NCBI GenBank assembly: GCA_038318455.1
Contig: JBBQCF010000002.1
Location: 1-50,782 of the forward strand
Reading direction: 5' to 3'
Length of the DNA: 50,782 bases
Source: Candidatus Moraniibacteriota bacterium
GTDB taxonomy: Bacteria; Patescibacteriota; Minisyncoccia; Moranbacterales; GWC2-37-73
The translations under genes were made by a program, and so were the position numbers. Of the stretch, positions 34,321 to 42,732 are shown one piece after another. The notes under the pieces were generated by a model. The model saw only the letters and a program-made list of their open reading frames with translations. It searched no databases and was not told where the DNA came from. Position 1 is the first letter of the stretch. Each line of letters opens with the position of its first letter.

Positions 34321-35430
34321 ATGCGTATTATTTTAACAGGTGGAGGAACTGGCGGACACTTAACACCCCTTGTTGCAGTGGCTGATAAGATCAAAGCAAA
34401 ACTTGGACCAGAGGCTGAAATTCTTTATGTTGGATCTGGGGCGGAAATGGAAAAGAAAATAATGACTGAAAATGGTATTCCATTTAAATTTGTGATTAGT
34501 GGAAAAATGCGAAGATATTTTTCTTTTCAAAATTTTGTCGATATTTTTAAAATCCCAATTGGTTTTGTGCAATCGCTCTGGATGCTTTTGCGTTTTATGC
34601 CGGATGTGATTTTTTCCAAAGGTGGATATGTGGCTGTACCAATTGTTTTGGCTGGCTGGATTTATCGTATTCCAATTATGATTCATGAATCAGATAGTGC
34701 GCCAGGTTTGGCAAATCAATTTTTAGCGAAATTTGCCGATAGAATAGCTGTAGCCTATCCATCAGCTGAACAATATTTTCCAAAAGAAAAAACTGCCCTA
34801 GTTGGAAACCCAATACGTTTTCAAGTTACTGATGGTGATGCGATAATGCTTAGACAAGAACTTAATTTTACGCAGTCGAGAAAAACTTTGCTAGTGCTTG
34901 GTGGATCGCAAGGATCAAAAATTATTAACGAAGCTATTATTAGGGTTTTGCCCCAGTTGTTGCAACATTTTCAAATTATTCATCAAACAGGACAAGATCT
35001 TTTTGAATCAGCCATAGCTGAAGCCGCTATTATGGGTGTTAAAAATGGTCATGGTGGATATTATGCCGCACCATTTTTAAACGCCAATAAACTTCGCGAT
35101 GCTTTTGCCTTGAGTGATTTGGTTATTAGTAGAGCAGGTGCAACATTCATCACTGAAATAGCTGCCAACGGAAAACCTGTTATCTTGATTCCAATTTCTG
35201 AAAGTGCAAATGACCATCAGCGCATGAATGCCTATGCTCTTGCGCAAATTGGAGCAGCTATTGTGCTAGAAGAATCAAATTTGGGCGAGCATATTTTGCT
35301 TGAAAAAATAAATCATATTTTGACTAATGATGAATTGTGTCAAAGTATGACTGAAAAAATTAAAACATTTTATCATCCTACTGCTGCTGAAGTTGTTGCA
35401 AATAGTATTATAGAAATTGGACGGTTGTAA
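34321..35430 (+). CDS. murG: UDP-N-acetylglucosamine--N-acetylmuramyl-(pentapeptide) pyrophosphoryl-undecaprenol GlcNAc transferase
   Basis: ILTGGGTGGHLTP, HESDSAPGLAN, SRAGATFITE motifs. Confidence 0.92.
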   Translation: MRIILTGGGTGGHLTPLVAVADKIKAKLGPEAEILYVGSGAEMEKKIMTENGIPFKFVISGKMRRYFSFQNFVDIFKIPIGFVQSLWMLLRFMPDVIFSKGGYVAVPIVLAGWIYRIPIMIHESDSAPGLANQFLAKFADRIAVAYPSAEQYFPKEKTALVGNPIRFQVTDGDAIMLRQELNFTQSRKTLLVLGGSQGSKIINEAIIRVLPQLLQHFQIIHQTGQDLFESAIAEAAIMGVKNGHGGYYAAPFLNANKLRDAFALSDLVISRAGATFITEIAANGKPVILIPISESANDHQRMNAYALAQIGAAIVLEESNLGEHILLEKINHILTNDELCQSMTEKIKTFYHPTAAEVVANSIIEIGRL

Positions 35431-35451
35431 TTGTTAAATGGTTTGCATATT

Positions 35452-36831
35452 ATGAAAATTCAAGATATTAAGAAGGCATATTTTATTGGAATTAAAGGCG
35501 CTGGCATGACTGCAGTTGCTCAAATCATGCAAAGCAGAGGAATTGAAGTTTCTGGCTCTGATACTAGTGAAATTTTTTATACTGATCAGATATTGAAAAG
35601 ACTCGGCATTTCTTTTTATGAAAATTTTGCGATTGAAAATATCCCAAATGATATTGATGTTGTTGTTCATTCAACTGCATATACGCAGGAAAATAATGTT
35701 GAAATGGCGGAGGCTAAGAAAAAAGGATTTTTACTTTTGAGTTATCCTGAAATTCTGGGCGTCTTGTTTGATGAAAAGCTTGGAGTTGCTGTTTGCGGAA
35801 CACATGGAAAAACCACAACATCTGCCATGCTTGCGCAGGCTTTTGATGCTGCAGATCTTAAGCCAAGTGCCATTGTTGGTAGTAATGTGATTTCATGGCA
35901 GGGAAGTGCACTTTCAGGAAAAGGTGAATATTTCGTGGCTGAAGCGGATGAATATCAAAATAAATTACGTTTTTATCAGCCCTGGTCGACAATTCTTACA
36001 AGTGTTGATTGGGATCATCCAGATTTTTTCCCTGATATTGCTTCATATAAAGAAGTTTTTAAGAATTTTGTGGCTAAAATTCCCAAAATTGGTTTTTTGG
36101 TCGCATGGGGAGACAGTAGTGATGTTTTGGAAGTTATCAAAAGTGCAAATTGCAATGTTGTTACCTATGGTTTTACCAAAGATTGTGATTATAAGATTAT
36201 TAATCATAATTTGCAAAATGAAAATACTATGCAATCTTTTGAAGTTGAATATGCTGGCAAAAATCTAGGCGTTTTCCAAACTCCACTTGTTGGTAAACAT
36301 AATGTGCTTAATGCAACTTCTATTATCGCTCTTAGTCATCAGATGAATTTAAATTTGGATGCAATAAGAGAATCACTAAGTTTATTTAAAGGTACAACGC
36401 GACGCTTTGAATATATTGGAAAATTCCAGCAAGCTACCTTGATTGATGATTACGCTCATCATCCCGATGAAATCAAGGCAACACTTTCTGGCGCGAGGCA
36501 ATATTTTGGAGATAAGAAGATTTGGACAGTTTTTCACCCACATACTTTTTCCAGAACAAAGGCCTTGTTGCAAGATTTCGCGCAAAGTTTTGATGATGCT
36601 GATCACGTGGTGGTTATTGAAACATATGGCAGTGCGCGCGAACTTGGTGGTGAAGCTACTTCTGATAAACTAGCAAATCTTATCAATAAATATCATCACA
36701 ATAAAGCTGAATACATTGCGACAATTGACGAAGCGGTGGAATATTTCAAAGAGAAATCTGGACAATATGATGTATTGATAACAATGGGTGCTGGCGATGT
36801 TTGGAAAGTTGCACAAGAGCTTAAAGAATAA
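35452..36831 (+). CDS. murC: UDP-N-acetylmuramate--L-alanine ligase
   Basis: YFIGIKGAGMTAVA, GTHGKTTTSAM, DDYAHHPDEI motifs. The ATG at 35452 is preferred over the TTG at 35431. Confidence 0.92.
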   Translation: MKIQDIKKAYFIGIKGAGMTAVAQIMQSRGIEVSGSDTSEIFYTDQILKRLGISFYENFAIENIPNDIDVVVHSTAYTQENNVEMAEAKKKGFLLLSYPEILGVLFDEKLGVAVCGTHGKTTTSAMLAQAFDAADLKPSAIVGSNVISWQGSALSGKGEYFVAEADEYQNKLRFYQPWSTILTSVDWDHPDFFPDIASYKEVFKNFVAKIPKIGFLVAWGDSSDVLEVIKSANCNVVTYGFTKDCDYKIINHNLQNENTMQSFEVEYAGKNLGVFQTPLVGKHNVLNATSIIALSHQMNLNLDAIRESLSLFKGTTRRFEYIGKFQQATLIDDYAHHPDEIKATLSGARQYFGDKKIWTVFHPHTFSRTKALLQDFAQSFDDADHVVVIETYGSARELGGEATSDKLANLINKYHHNKAEYIATIDEAVEYFKEKSGQYDVLITMGAGDVWKVAQELKE

Positions 36832-36904
36832 TTGCTTTTATGCATTAAAATTGTTAAAATGAAGGTAGCAGGTAAGATGTTGGTATAATATTTTTCAGAA
36901 AATT

Positions 36905-37336
36905 ATGAGTGAAAAAATAGTGATGTATACGGATGGTGGGTCACGTGGCAATCCTGGGCCAGCTGCAGTTGGTATATATATAGAAACATTGGCGAAGAAA
37001 TATGGCGAATGTATTGGAAATAGAACCAACAATGACGCTGAATACGAAGCTCTCATTTTGGGACTACAAAAAATAAAACTTGTGCTCGGCAAAGATAAGG
37101 CCAAAAAAGTGGAAGTTTCCTGCTTGCTTGATAGCGAACTGGTTGTCAAACAGCTCAATCATGAATATAGATTGAAAGAAGAAAGAATTCAAAAATATTT
37201 CATTGAAATTTGGAATTTGATGTTTGATTTTGCAGAAGTTACTTTTGCTCACATTCCGCGTGAAAAAAATAAAATTGCTGATGCAATGGTGAATGAAGCG
37301 CTGGATGGTCAGTTGAAACAAGATTGTTTAATTTAG
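36905..37336 (+). CDS. rnhA: Ribonuclease HI family protein
   Basis: MYTDGGSRGNPGPAAVG and NNDAEYEALILGL catalytic DEDD-type motifs; 143 aa. Confidence 0.85.
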   Translation: MSEKIVMYTDGGSRGNPGPAAVGIYIETLAKKYGECIGNRTNNDAEYEALILGLQKIKLVLGKDKAKKVEVSCLLDSELVVKQLNHEYRLKEERIQKYFIEIWNLMFDFAEVTFAHIPREKNKIADAMVNEALDGQLKQDCLI

Positions 37337-37347
37337 GCATTTATATC

Positions 37348-37451
37348 ATTGTCATTCCCGTGAAAACGGGAATCCAGGATTTATTTCTACTAATGAGCTA
37401 AAATCTGGGTTCCCAATCCCTCCCAAGGCGGGCATGACGAGTTGGGAATGA
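37348..37451. repeat. Palindromic element, family 3, intergenic copy
   Basis: Terminal inverted repeats TGTCATTCCC (37348-37357) / GGGAATGACA (37442-37451). Internal hairpin CCCGTGAAAACGGG and inverted pair GGAATCCAGGATTT / AAATCTGGGTTCC. Confidence 0.65.
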
Positions 37452-37521
37452 CAAAAGCAAAATTTTTATATATTGGAATTTGTTTGTAATTTGGTATTTA
37501 TAATTTGTGATTTTTACATTT

Positions 37522-38835
37522 ATGGCAAAAACAAAAAAATGGTTAATGTGGATTGTAATAGTTGTTGCAATAATCGGCAGTGTGTTTTTTTATTTTAAAA
37601 GTAAAAAGCCCGTAACAACTTACACCACTGCTGATGTCAGCAAGGGAACTTTAGCGCAAACTGTCAGCGTGACTGGAGATTTGGTGGCAAAAGATGAAAT
37701 CACACTTAATTTTGAAATTGGTGGAAGAGTTAGTAAGGTTTTTGTAAAACCAAGTGATAAAGTTGCGGCTGGTGACAAGATCGCAATCTTGACTGATAGT
37801 ATTTTGCAAAAACAGGCAGAACAAGCCAAGGCAAATCTGGATCAATCAATTGCTAATGCTGGTTCTAGCAGTGACACATTGCGTGAAGTCAAAGTCGCAT
37901 TGGATAATGCTGAAAACACACTTGATGATACTGAAAATCTTAATGATCAAAATATTTCTGCAGCCAAAAAAGCGGTTGACAATGCCAATAATTATTATGA
38001 CGATACCAAGGCTTATTATGATTCGTTGACTGTCGATGGAAAATTAGCAGCTAAACCATCCTTAACGATGGCGGAAAATAGTTTGAATTCAGCTAAGGAG
38101 GCTCTTAAGACAATCAATCAGCAAGCTGATCTTAGTAAAACTAATGCTGAAAACAATATTAGTAGTGCCAAGGCTAAAGTAAAAACAGTTGAATCTAATT
38201 ATGCAAAAAGTTCTCGCAATGCAATAGTGGCAGGAGCGCGAGCTGCTTATGATATGGCTAATTTGAATTTAGCTAAAGCTGTGTTGGTCTCACCAGTTAA
38301 TGGAACAATCACTGAAGTGAACAATAAGGCAGGTGAAATTCTCGGAACTGGAGTTATTAAAGAAGCATTTTCACGTGTGATGAGCTTGGATATGATTATT
38401 GAATCAAAAGTTCCTGAATCTGATATCGTGAAAGTGAAGCTTGGTCAACATGCTAATATTAGCTTTGATGCTTTGAGTCCGGATGATATTTTTGATGGAG
38501 AAATAATTGAAATTGATCCAGCTTCAACGAATATTCAGGACGTTGTTTATTATAATATCAAACTTAAATTGAACACTCTTGATGTTCGCATTAAGCCAGG
38601 TATGAGTTCTAGTATTGATATTAAAACTGCAGAAAAAAATGATGTGTTTAGCATTCCAGCGCGAGCAATTAAGACTGAAGAAAATAAGAAATTCGTGGAT
38701 GTCTTGGATTCGGTAACTAATACGACCAAGAAAGTTTATATCACAACAGGGTTAGATGGAGATGATGGAATGGTGGAAGTTTTGTCGGGACTTACTGGCA
38801 GCGAAAAAGTGGTAACATTTATGGCAACCAAATAA
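37522..38835 (+). CDS. HlyD/MacA-family periplasmic adaptor (membrane fusion protein)
   Basis: N-terminal TM, lipoyl-like GDLVAKDEITLNFEIGGRV, long coiled coil, beta-barrel region. Lies upstream of the MacB-type ABC genes. Confidence 0.85.
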   Translation: MAKTKKWLMWIVIVVAIIGSVFFYFKSKKPVTTYTTADVSKGTLAQTVSVTGDLVAKDEITLNFEIGGRVSKVFVKPSDKVAAGDKIAILTDSILQKQAEQAKANLDQSIANAGSSSDTLREVKVALDNAENTLDDTENLNDQNISAAKKAVDNANNYYDDTKAYYDSLTVDGKLAAKPSLTMAENSLNSAKEALKTINQQADLSKTNAENNISSAKAKVKTVESNYAKSSRNAIVAGARAAYDMANLNLAKAVLVSPVNGTITEVNNKAGEILGTGVIKEAFSRVMSLDMIIESKVPESDIVKVKLGQHANISFDALSPDDIFDGEIIEIDPASTNIQDVVYYNIKLKLNTLDVRIKPGMSSSIDIKTAEKNDVFSIPARAIKTEENKKFVDVLDSVTNTTKKVYITTGLDGDDGMVEVLSGLTGSEKVVTFMATK

Positions 38836-38868
38836 AAAACCTCTAGCATTGCTAACGCTAAAGGTTTA
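38836..38868. terminator. Bidirectional terminator hairpin
   Basis: AACCTCTAGC / GCTAAAGGTT stem with one mismatch, flanked by an A-run and a T-run. The T-run is better on the - strand. Confidence 0.6.
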
Positions 38869-38885
38869 TTGTGGAATTTTTAAAA

Positions 38886-39131
38886 TCAAAGTACTGGCAA
38901 TGTGCCAATAAATTGGTTATTAAATTTTTCCATATCAATTTCTGGTTTGAATTTTTCTGCTCGTATCGCTATTGCAACGATAAATCTTGAAAATGTCATT
39001 TCTCCCGCATTTAGGGATCTAAGTTCAAAATTCAAACACACCATGAAGTCTCTGAATTGTTGTACTTCTGAAAATTCTTTTAAGAGATAACCAAGATTTC
39101 CTTGGGTTAAGCAATAAATGTCCTTTTTCAT
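38886..39131 (-). CDS. Hypothetical small protein (81 aa) on the opposite strand inside the exporter gene block
   Basis: ATG preceded on the - strand by AAAGGAGAAACAAC. A terminator lies downstream on the - strand. No domain recognised. Confidence 0.55.
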   Translation of the reverse strand: MKKDIYCLTQGNLGYLLKEFSEVQQFRDFMVCLNFELRSLNAGEMTFSRFIVAIAIRAEKFKPEIDMEKFNNQFIGTLPVL

Positions 39132-39220
39132 GTTGTTTCTCCTTTTGGCTTCTTTGAGCCATTGTGATAGGTGCCACCGATAAGAACACTAACTTCTAAT
39201 TATACTCTAAAATAACCAAA

Positions 39221-39952
39221 ATGTCAACACGACTAATCGAAGTTAAAAATCTTGAAAAAACTTATGAAAACGAAGGTGTTAAAACACCTGTTCTTCATAG
39301 TTTGAATTTTACAATGGAAAAAGGTGAGTTTGTTTCAATCATGGGGCCGTCGGGATCTGGAAAATCAACTTTGATGCAGATTTTGGGCATGCTTGATCGT
39401 CCAACTGGAGGAGAATATATTTTTGAAGGAAAAAATATCAACGATTATTCAGATGATGAATTGGCCAAACTTCGCAATAAAAAAATTGGTTTTGTTTTTC
39501 AATCATTTAATTTGTTGCCAAGAACTTCGGTGTATGAAAACACTGAACTTCCGCTTTTGTATGATGAAGATCATTTGGAAATTGGAAATAAAGAGAAAAT
39601 CAACAAAGCCTTGGCGGCAGTTGGCATGGAGCATCGCACGAATTATCTCTCCAATCAACTTTCTGGTGGAGAAAAACAACGCGTGGCAATTGCTAGAGCG
39701 TTGGTGAACGACCCAGGTGTTATTTTCGCTGATGAGCCTACTGGAAATCTTGATTCAAAATCAGGACTTGCTGTGATGAAAATTTTGCAAAGACTTAATG
39801 ATGAAGGACATACTGTTATTTTGGTGACACATGAAACTTATACTGCTCAACATGCCAAAAGAATTTTGCAGGTTAAAGATGGGAATATTGTTTCTGATGA
39901 ATTGGTTGCAAATAGGTTGATTGCAAAGGGTGAGGGGGAATTACTAAAGTAA
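39221..39952 (+). CDS. ABC transporter ATP-binding protein (MacB/LolD-type)
   Basis: Walker A GPSGSGKST, signature LSGGEKQRVAIARAL, Walker B IFADEPTGNLD. Confidence 0.92.
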   Translation: MSTRLIEVKNLEKTYENEGVKTPVLHSLNFTMEKGEFVSIMGPSGSGKSTLMQILGMLDRPTGGEYIFEGKNINDYSDDELAKLRNKKIGFVFQSFNLLPRTSVYENTELPLLYDEDHLEIGNKEKINKALAAVGMEHRTNYLSNQLSGGEKQRVAIARALVNDPGVIFADEPTGNLDSKSGLAVMKILQRLNDEGHTVILVTHETYTAQHAKRILQVKDGNIVSDELVANRLIAKGEGELLK

Positions 39953-40088
39953 AAATAACAAATTTAAAATTGCAAATTACAAATAAATTACAAATACTAA
40001 AATTTAAAATTTCAAAAAATTTGATATTTGATTGTTGTGATTTGTTTATTGTTTGGTGCTTGTCGTTTGTATTTTGTAATTTATATTT
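39953..40088 (+). repeat. AT-rich long imperfect hairpin, family 2
   Basis: The A/C-rich left half has repeated AAATTACAAAT and the G/T-rich right half has ATTTGTAATTT. It contains TTGTTTGGTGCTTGT (40049-40063), identical to 28433-28447 inside rnpB. Confidence 0.5.
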
Positions 40089-41327
40089 ATGAAATTAAGT
40101 GCTCCACTTAAAATTTCTTATAACAATATTATGGCGGCGAAGTTCCGTTCTTTTTTGACGGTGCTTGGAATTATTATTGGAATTGCTTCGGTGATTATTG
40201 TGATGGCAATCGGAGCTAGTGCGCAGCAACTAATTTTAGATCAAGTTTCTGGCATTGGATCGAATTTGGTGGGAGTTTTGCCTGGAGCATCCGATGAAAA
40301 AGGTCCGCCAGCTTCAGTTTTTGGTATTGTGACGACCACCCTAAAGATTAATGATTTGGATGCTATTTTGCAAAAGAAGAATGTTCCAAGCGCGGTTGCT
40401 GCTTGCGGATATGTCACTGGGGCGGGCACAATAAAATATCGGGAAAATTCAGTGCAAGGAAGTTATCAGGGCGTGTCCGCATCATTTCCGGATGTTGAAA
40501 AAGTCCAAGTAAAAACTGGAAGATTTTTTACTAATGAAGAGGATATGGGGCTTGCTAGAGTCGCAGTACTTGGTGCCAAGAGGGCGCAGGATCTTTTCAA
40601 TGGAAGTGATTCAATCGGAAAAGTTTTTACAATCAAGGATACAAATTTTACCGTGATTGGAGTACTTGATATCAGGGGTAGTGCACTTTCTTCTTCTGAT
40701 GACACGGTGTATGTGCCAGTTCAGACAGCACAAAAATTGATGCTCGGAATTGATTATTTGAATTTTGCACGCATTAAAGTTGATTCGGTCGATGACATGC
40801 CTCGAGCCGTTGCTGATATTAGAATGACTTTGCGAGTGCAGCATAAAATTAAAAATGCAACAGATGATGATTTTTCAGTGCGCGATACTGCGCAAGCATT
40901 AGCAATTATTACAAATATTACTAATATCCTCAAATATTTCTTGGTAGGCATTGCAGGAATTTCTTTGGTGGTTGGTGGCATTGGAATCATGAATATCATG
41001 CTTATTTCTGTGCAACAACGTATTCGTGAAGTTGGCCTTAGAAAAGCAGTTGGTGCGCGCAATCGGCACATCATTACGCAATTTTTGATGGAATCTGTTT
41101 TCTTAACATTGGTCGGCGGTGTGATTGGGATAATTATTGGAATTTCGATATCTTTTCTGGCTGCGGTGATTATAAATTATTTGGGATATACTTGGCAATT
41201 TATAATTTCCATAAGTTCAATTGTGGTGGCAACGACAGTGGCAGCAGCAATCGGAATTATTTTTGGACTGTATCCAGCCCGCAAAGCTTCGCGTATCTCA
41301 CCAATGGAGGCATTAAGATATGAATAA
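40089..41327 (+). CDS. ABC transporter permease, MacB/FtsX-like
   Basis: N-terminal TM, large extracytoplasmic MacB_PCD-like domain and C-terminal FtsX 3-TM bundle (GGIGIMNIMLISVQQRIREVGLRKAVGA). Confidence 0.88.
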   Translation: MKLSAPLKISYNNIMAAKFRSFLTVLGIIIGIASVIIVMAIGASAQQLILDQVSGIGSNLVGVLPGASDEKGPPASVFGIVTTTLKINDLDAILQKKNVPSAVAACGYVTGAGTIKYRENSVQGSYQGVSASFPDVEKVQVKTGRFFTNEEDMGLARVAVLGAKRAQDLFNGSDSIGKVFTIKDTNFTVIGVLDIRGSALSSSDDTVYVPVQTAQKLMLGIDYLNFARIKVDSVDDMPRAVADIRMTLRVQHKIKNATDDDFSVRDTAQALAIITNITNILKYFLVGIAGISLVVGGIGIMNIMLISVQQRIREVGLRKAVGARNRHIITQFLMESVFLTLVGGVIGIIIGISISFLAAVIINYLGYTWQFIISISSIVVATTVAAAIGIIFGLYPARKASRISPMEALRYE

Positions 41328-41474
41328 ATATAAATAAATTACAAATGACAAATTGCAAATACCAAGCAAATTTCAAAAAACAAAAAAAACTTTTCAAATT
41401 GTTTGCATATTTGAATTTTGTAGATTGTAATTTGTTTGGAATTTATTTATTGTAATTTGTTTATTTACTTTAAA
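41328..41474 (+). repeat. AT-rich long imperfect hairpin, family 2
   Basis: Left half is AAATTACAAATGACAAATTGCAAATACC and right half is GTAATTTGTTTGGAATTTATTTATTGTAATTTG. It fills the gap between the two permease genes. Confidence 0.45.
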
Positions 41475-42731
41475 ATGTTTAGACAATTTTTAAATTCAAT
41501 CAGATTTGCCGTCAAAAACCTTCGCAATAATGTGGGAAGAACTGTTTTGACTTTGGTTGGAATTGTGGTTGGCATTATGGCAGTCATTGTGGTTTCTTCG
41601 AGCGGACAAGGTGTGAAAAATTATATTCTCGGACAATTTGATTCTTATGGCTCCGACTTGATTCAAATCGAACCAAAAATTCCTTCAACTGGAAAAACTT
41701 CTGCTGCAAACGCTACAGGACAAGCACAGGGAATTTCCATCACCACGCTTAAAATTTCTGATGCTAAGGCACTTAAAAAAATTCCTAATGTCCAGGATTA
41801 TGCGGCAGGAACAATTGCTCAAGAAGTTTTCTCACATGGCTCCAATAATAAGAGAGTGATGATATATGCTACGGGGGCGAATTGGCCGCTTGTTGATAAG
41901 GCCACCAAAATTGCAGAGGGTTCTTTTTATTCCGAGACAGAGGATAATAATTTGGAGCAAGTTGTCGTTATCGGCATTGATTTGAAAGACGAATTATTTG
42001 GCAGTGATGAGGCTATTGGAAAATCAGTGAAAATAAAAGGAGCAGATTATCGAGTGATTGGCGTGCTGGCAAGGAGAGGCTCAATGAGCTTTATGAACTA
42101 TGACGAGCTGGCATATATTCCAGTGCAAACAGTGCAGAAAAAAATTCTAGGCATAGATTATTTGAAATTCATTTCAGTTTTGGTTAAAGATGTGAATTTG
42201 ATTGATGTGACAGTGGCTGATATTAATGACACCATGAGGAGACTACATAAGACCTATAAAGCTGATCAAGAGGATTACTCTATCAGCACAATGCAAGAAG
42301 CTCAAAAAACTATTGACGATGTTTTTGGTACTATTAATATTTTGCTTTTAGCTTTAACCTCGATTTCTTTGTTGGTTGGCGGAGTGGGAATTATGAATGT
42401 GATGTATGTGGCAGTGGTGGAGAGAACTTTTGAGATTGGACTTCGAAAATCCGTGGGTGCGACAAGTTCTGATATTCGCAATCAATTCTTGCTTGAAGCT
42501 GTTATTATAACTTTAATTGGTGGTGCGGTTGGAATATTTTTAGGCTTTTTGATTGCACTTGGCTTTTCTTATGCACTTTCCTTGCTTGGTTTTTCACTTC
42601 AATTTTCTGTAACTTTTAGTTCCATTGCTTTGGCTACGGGTTTTTCAATGGCAACAGGAATAATTTTTGGATATTATCCAGCCTGGAAAGCTTCCAAACT
42701 TTCTCCGATGGAGGCACTTAGGAAAGAATAA
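41475..42731 (+). CDS. ABC transporter permease, MacB/FtsX-like (second paralog)
   Basis: Same architecture as 40089-41327 (GGVGIMNVMYVAVVERTFEIGLRKSVGA). The ATG at 41475 is preferred over the TTG at 41436, which lies inside the hairpin repeat. Confidence 0.88.
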   Translation: MFRQFLNSIRFAVKNLRNNVGRTVLTLVGIVVGIMAVIVVSSSGQGVKNYILGQFDSYGSDLIQIEPKIPSTGKTSAANATGQAQGISITTLKISDAKALKKIPNVQDYAAGTIAQEVFSHGSNNKRVMIYATGANWPLVDKATKIAEGSFYSETEDNNLEQVVVIGIDLKDELFGSDEAIGKSVKIKGADYRVIGVLARRGSMSFMNYDELAYIPVQTVQKKILGIDYLKFISVLVKDVNLIDVTVADINDTMRRLHKTYKADQEDYSISTMQEAQKTIDDVFGTINILLLALTSISLLVGGVGIMNVMYVAVVERTFEIGLRKSVGATSSDIRNQFLLEAVIITLIGGAVGIFLGFLIALGFSYALSLLGFSLQFSVTFSSIALATGFSMATGIIFGYYPAWKASKLSPMEALRKE

Positions 42732-42732
42732 A

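Noticed and set aside
9274-36831. Dispersed dcw and mre genes as evidence of rearrangement or misassembly
   Set aside because: The blocks mraZ-rsmH-ftsL-ftsI-murF, mreBCD-mrdA and ftsW-murG-murC are each internally canonical. Separation of such blocks is common in small genomes, and nothing in the sequence indicates a junction artefact.
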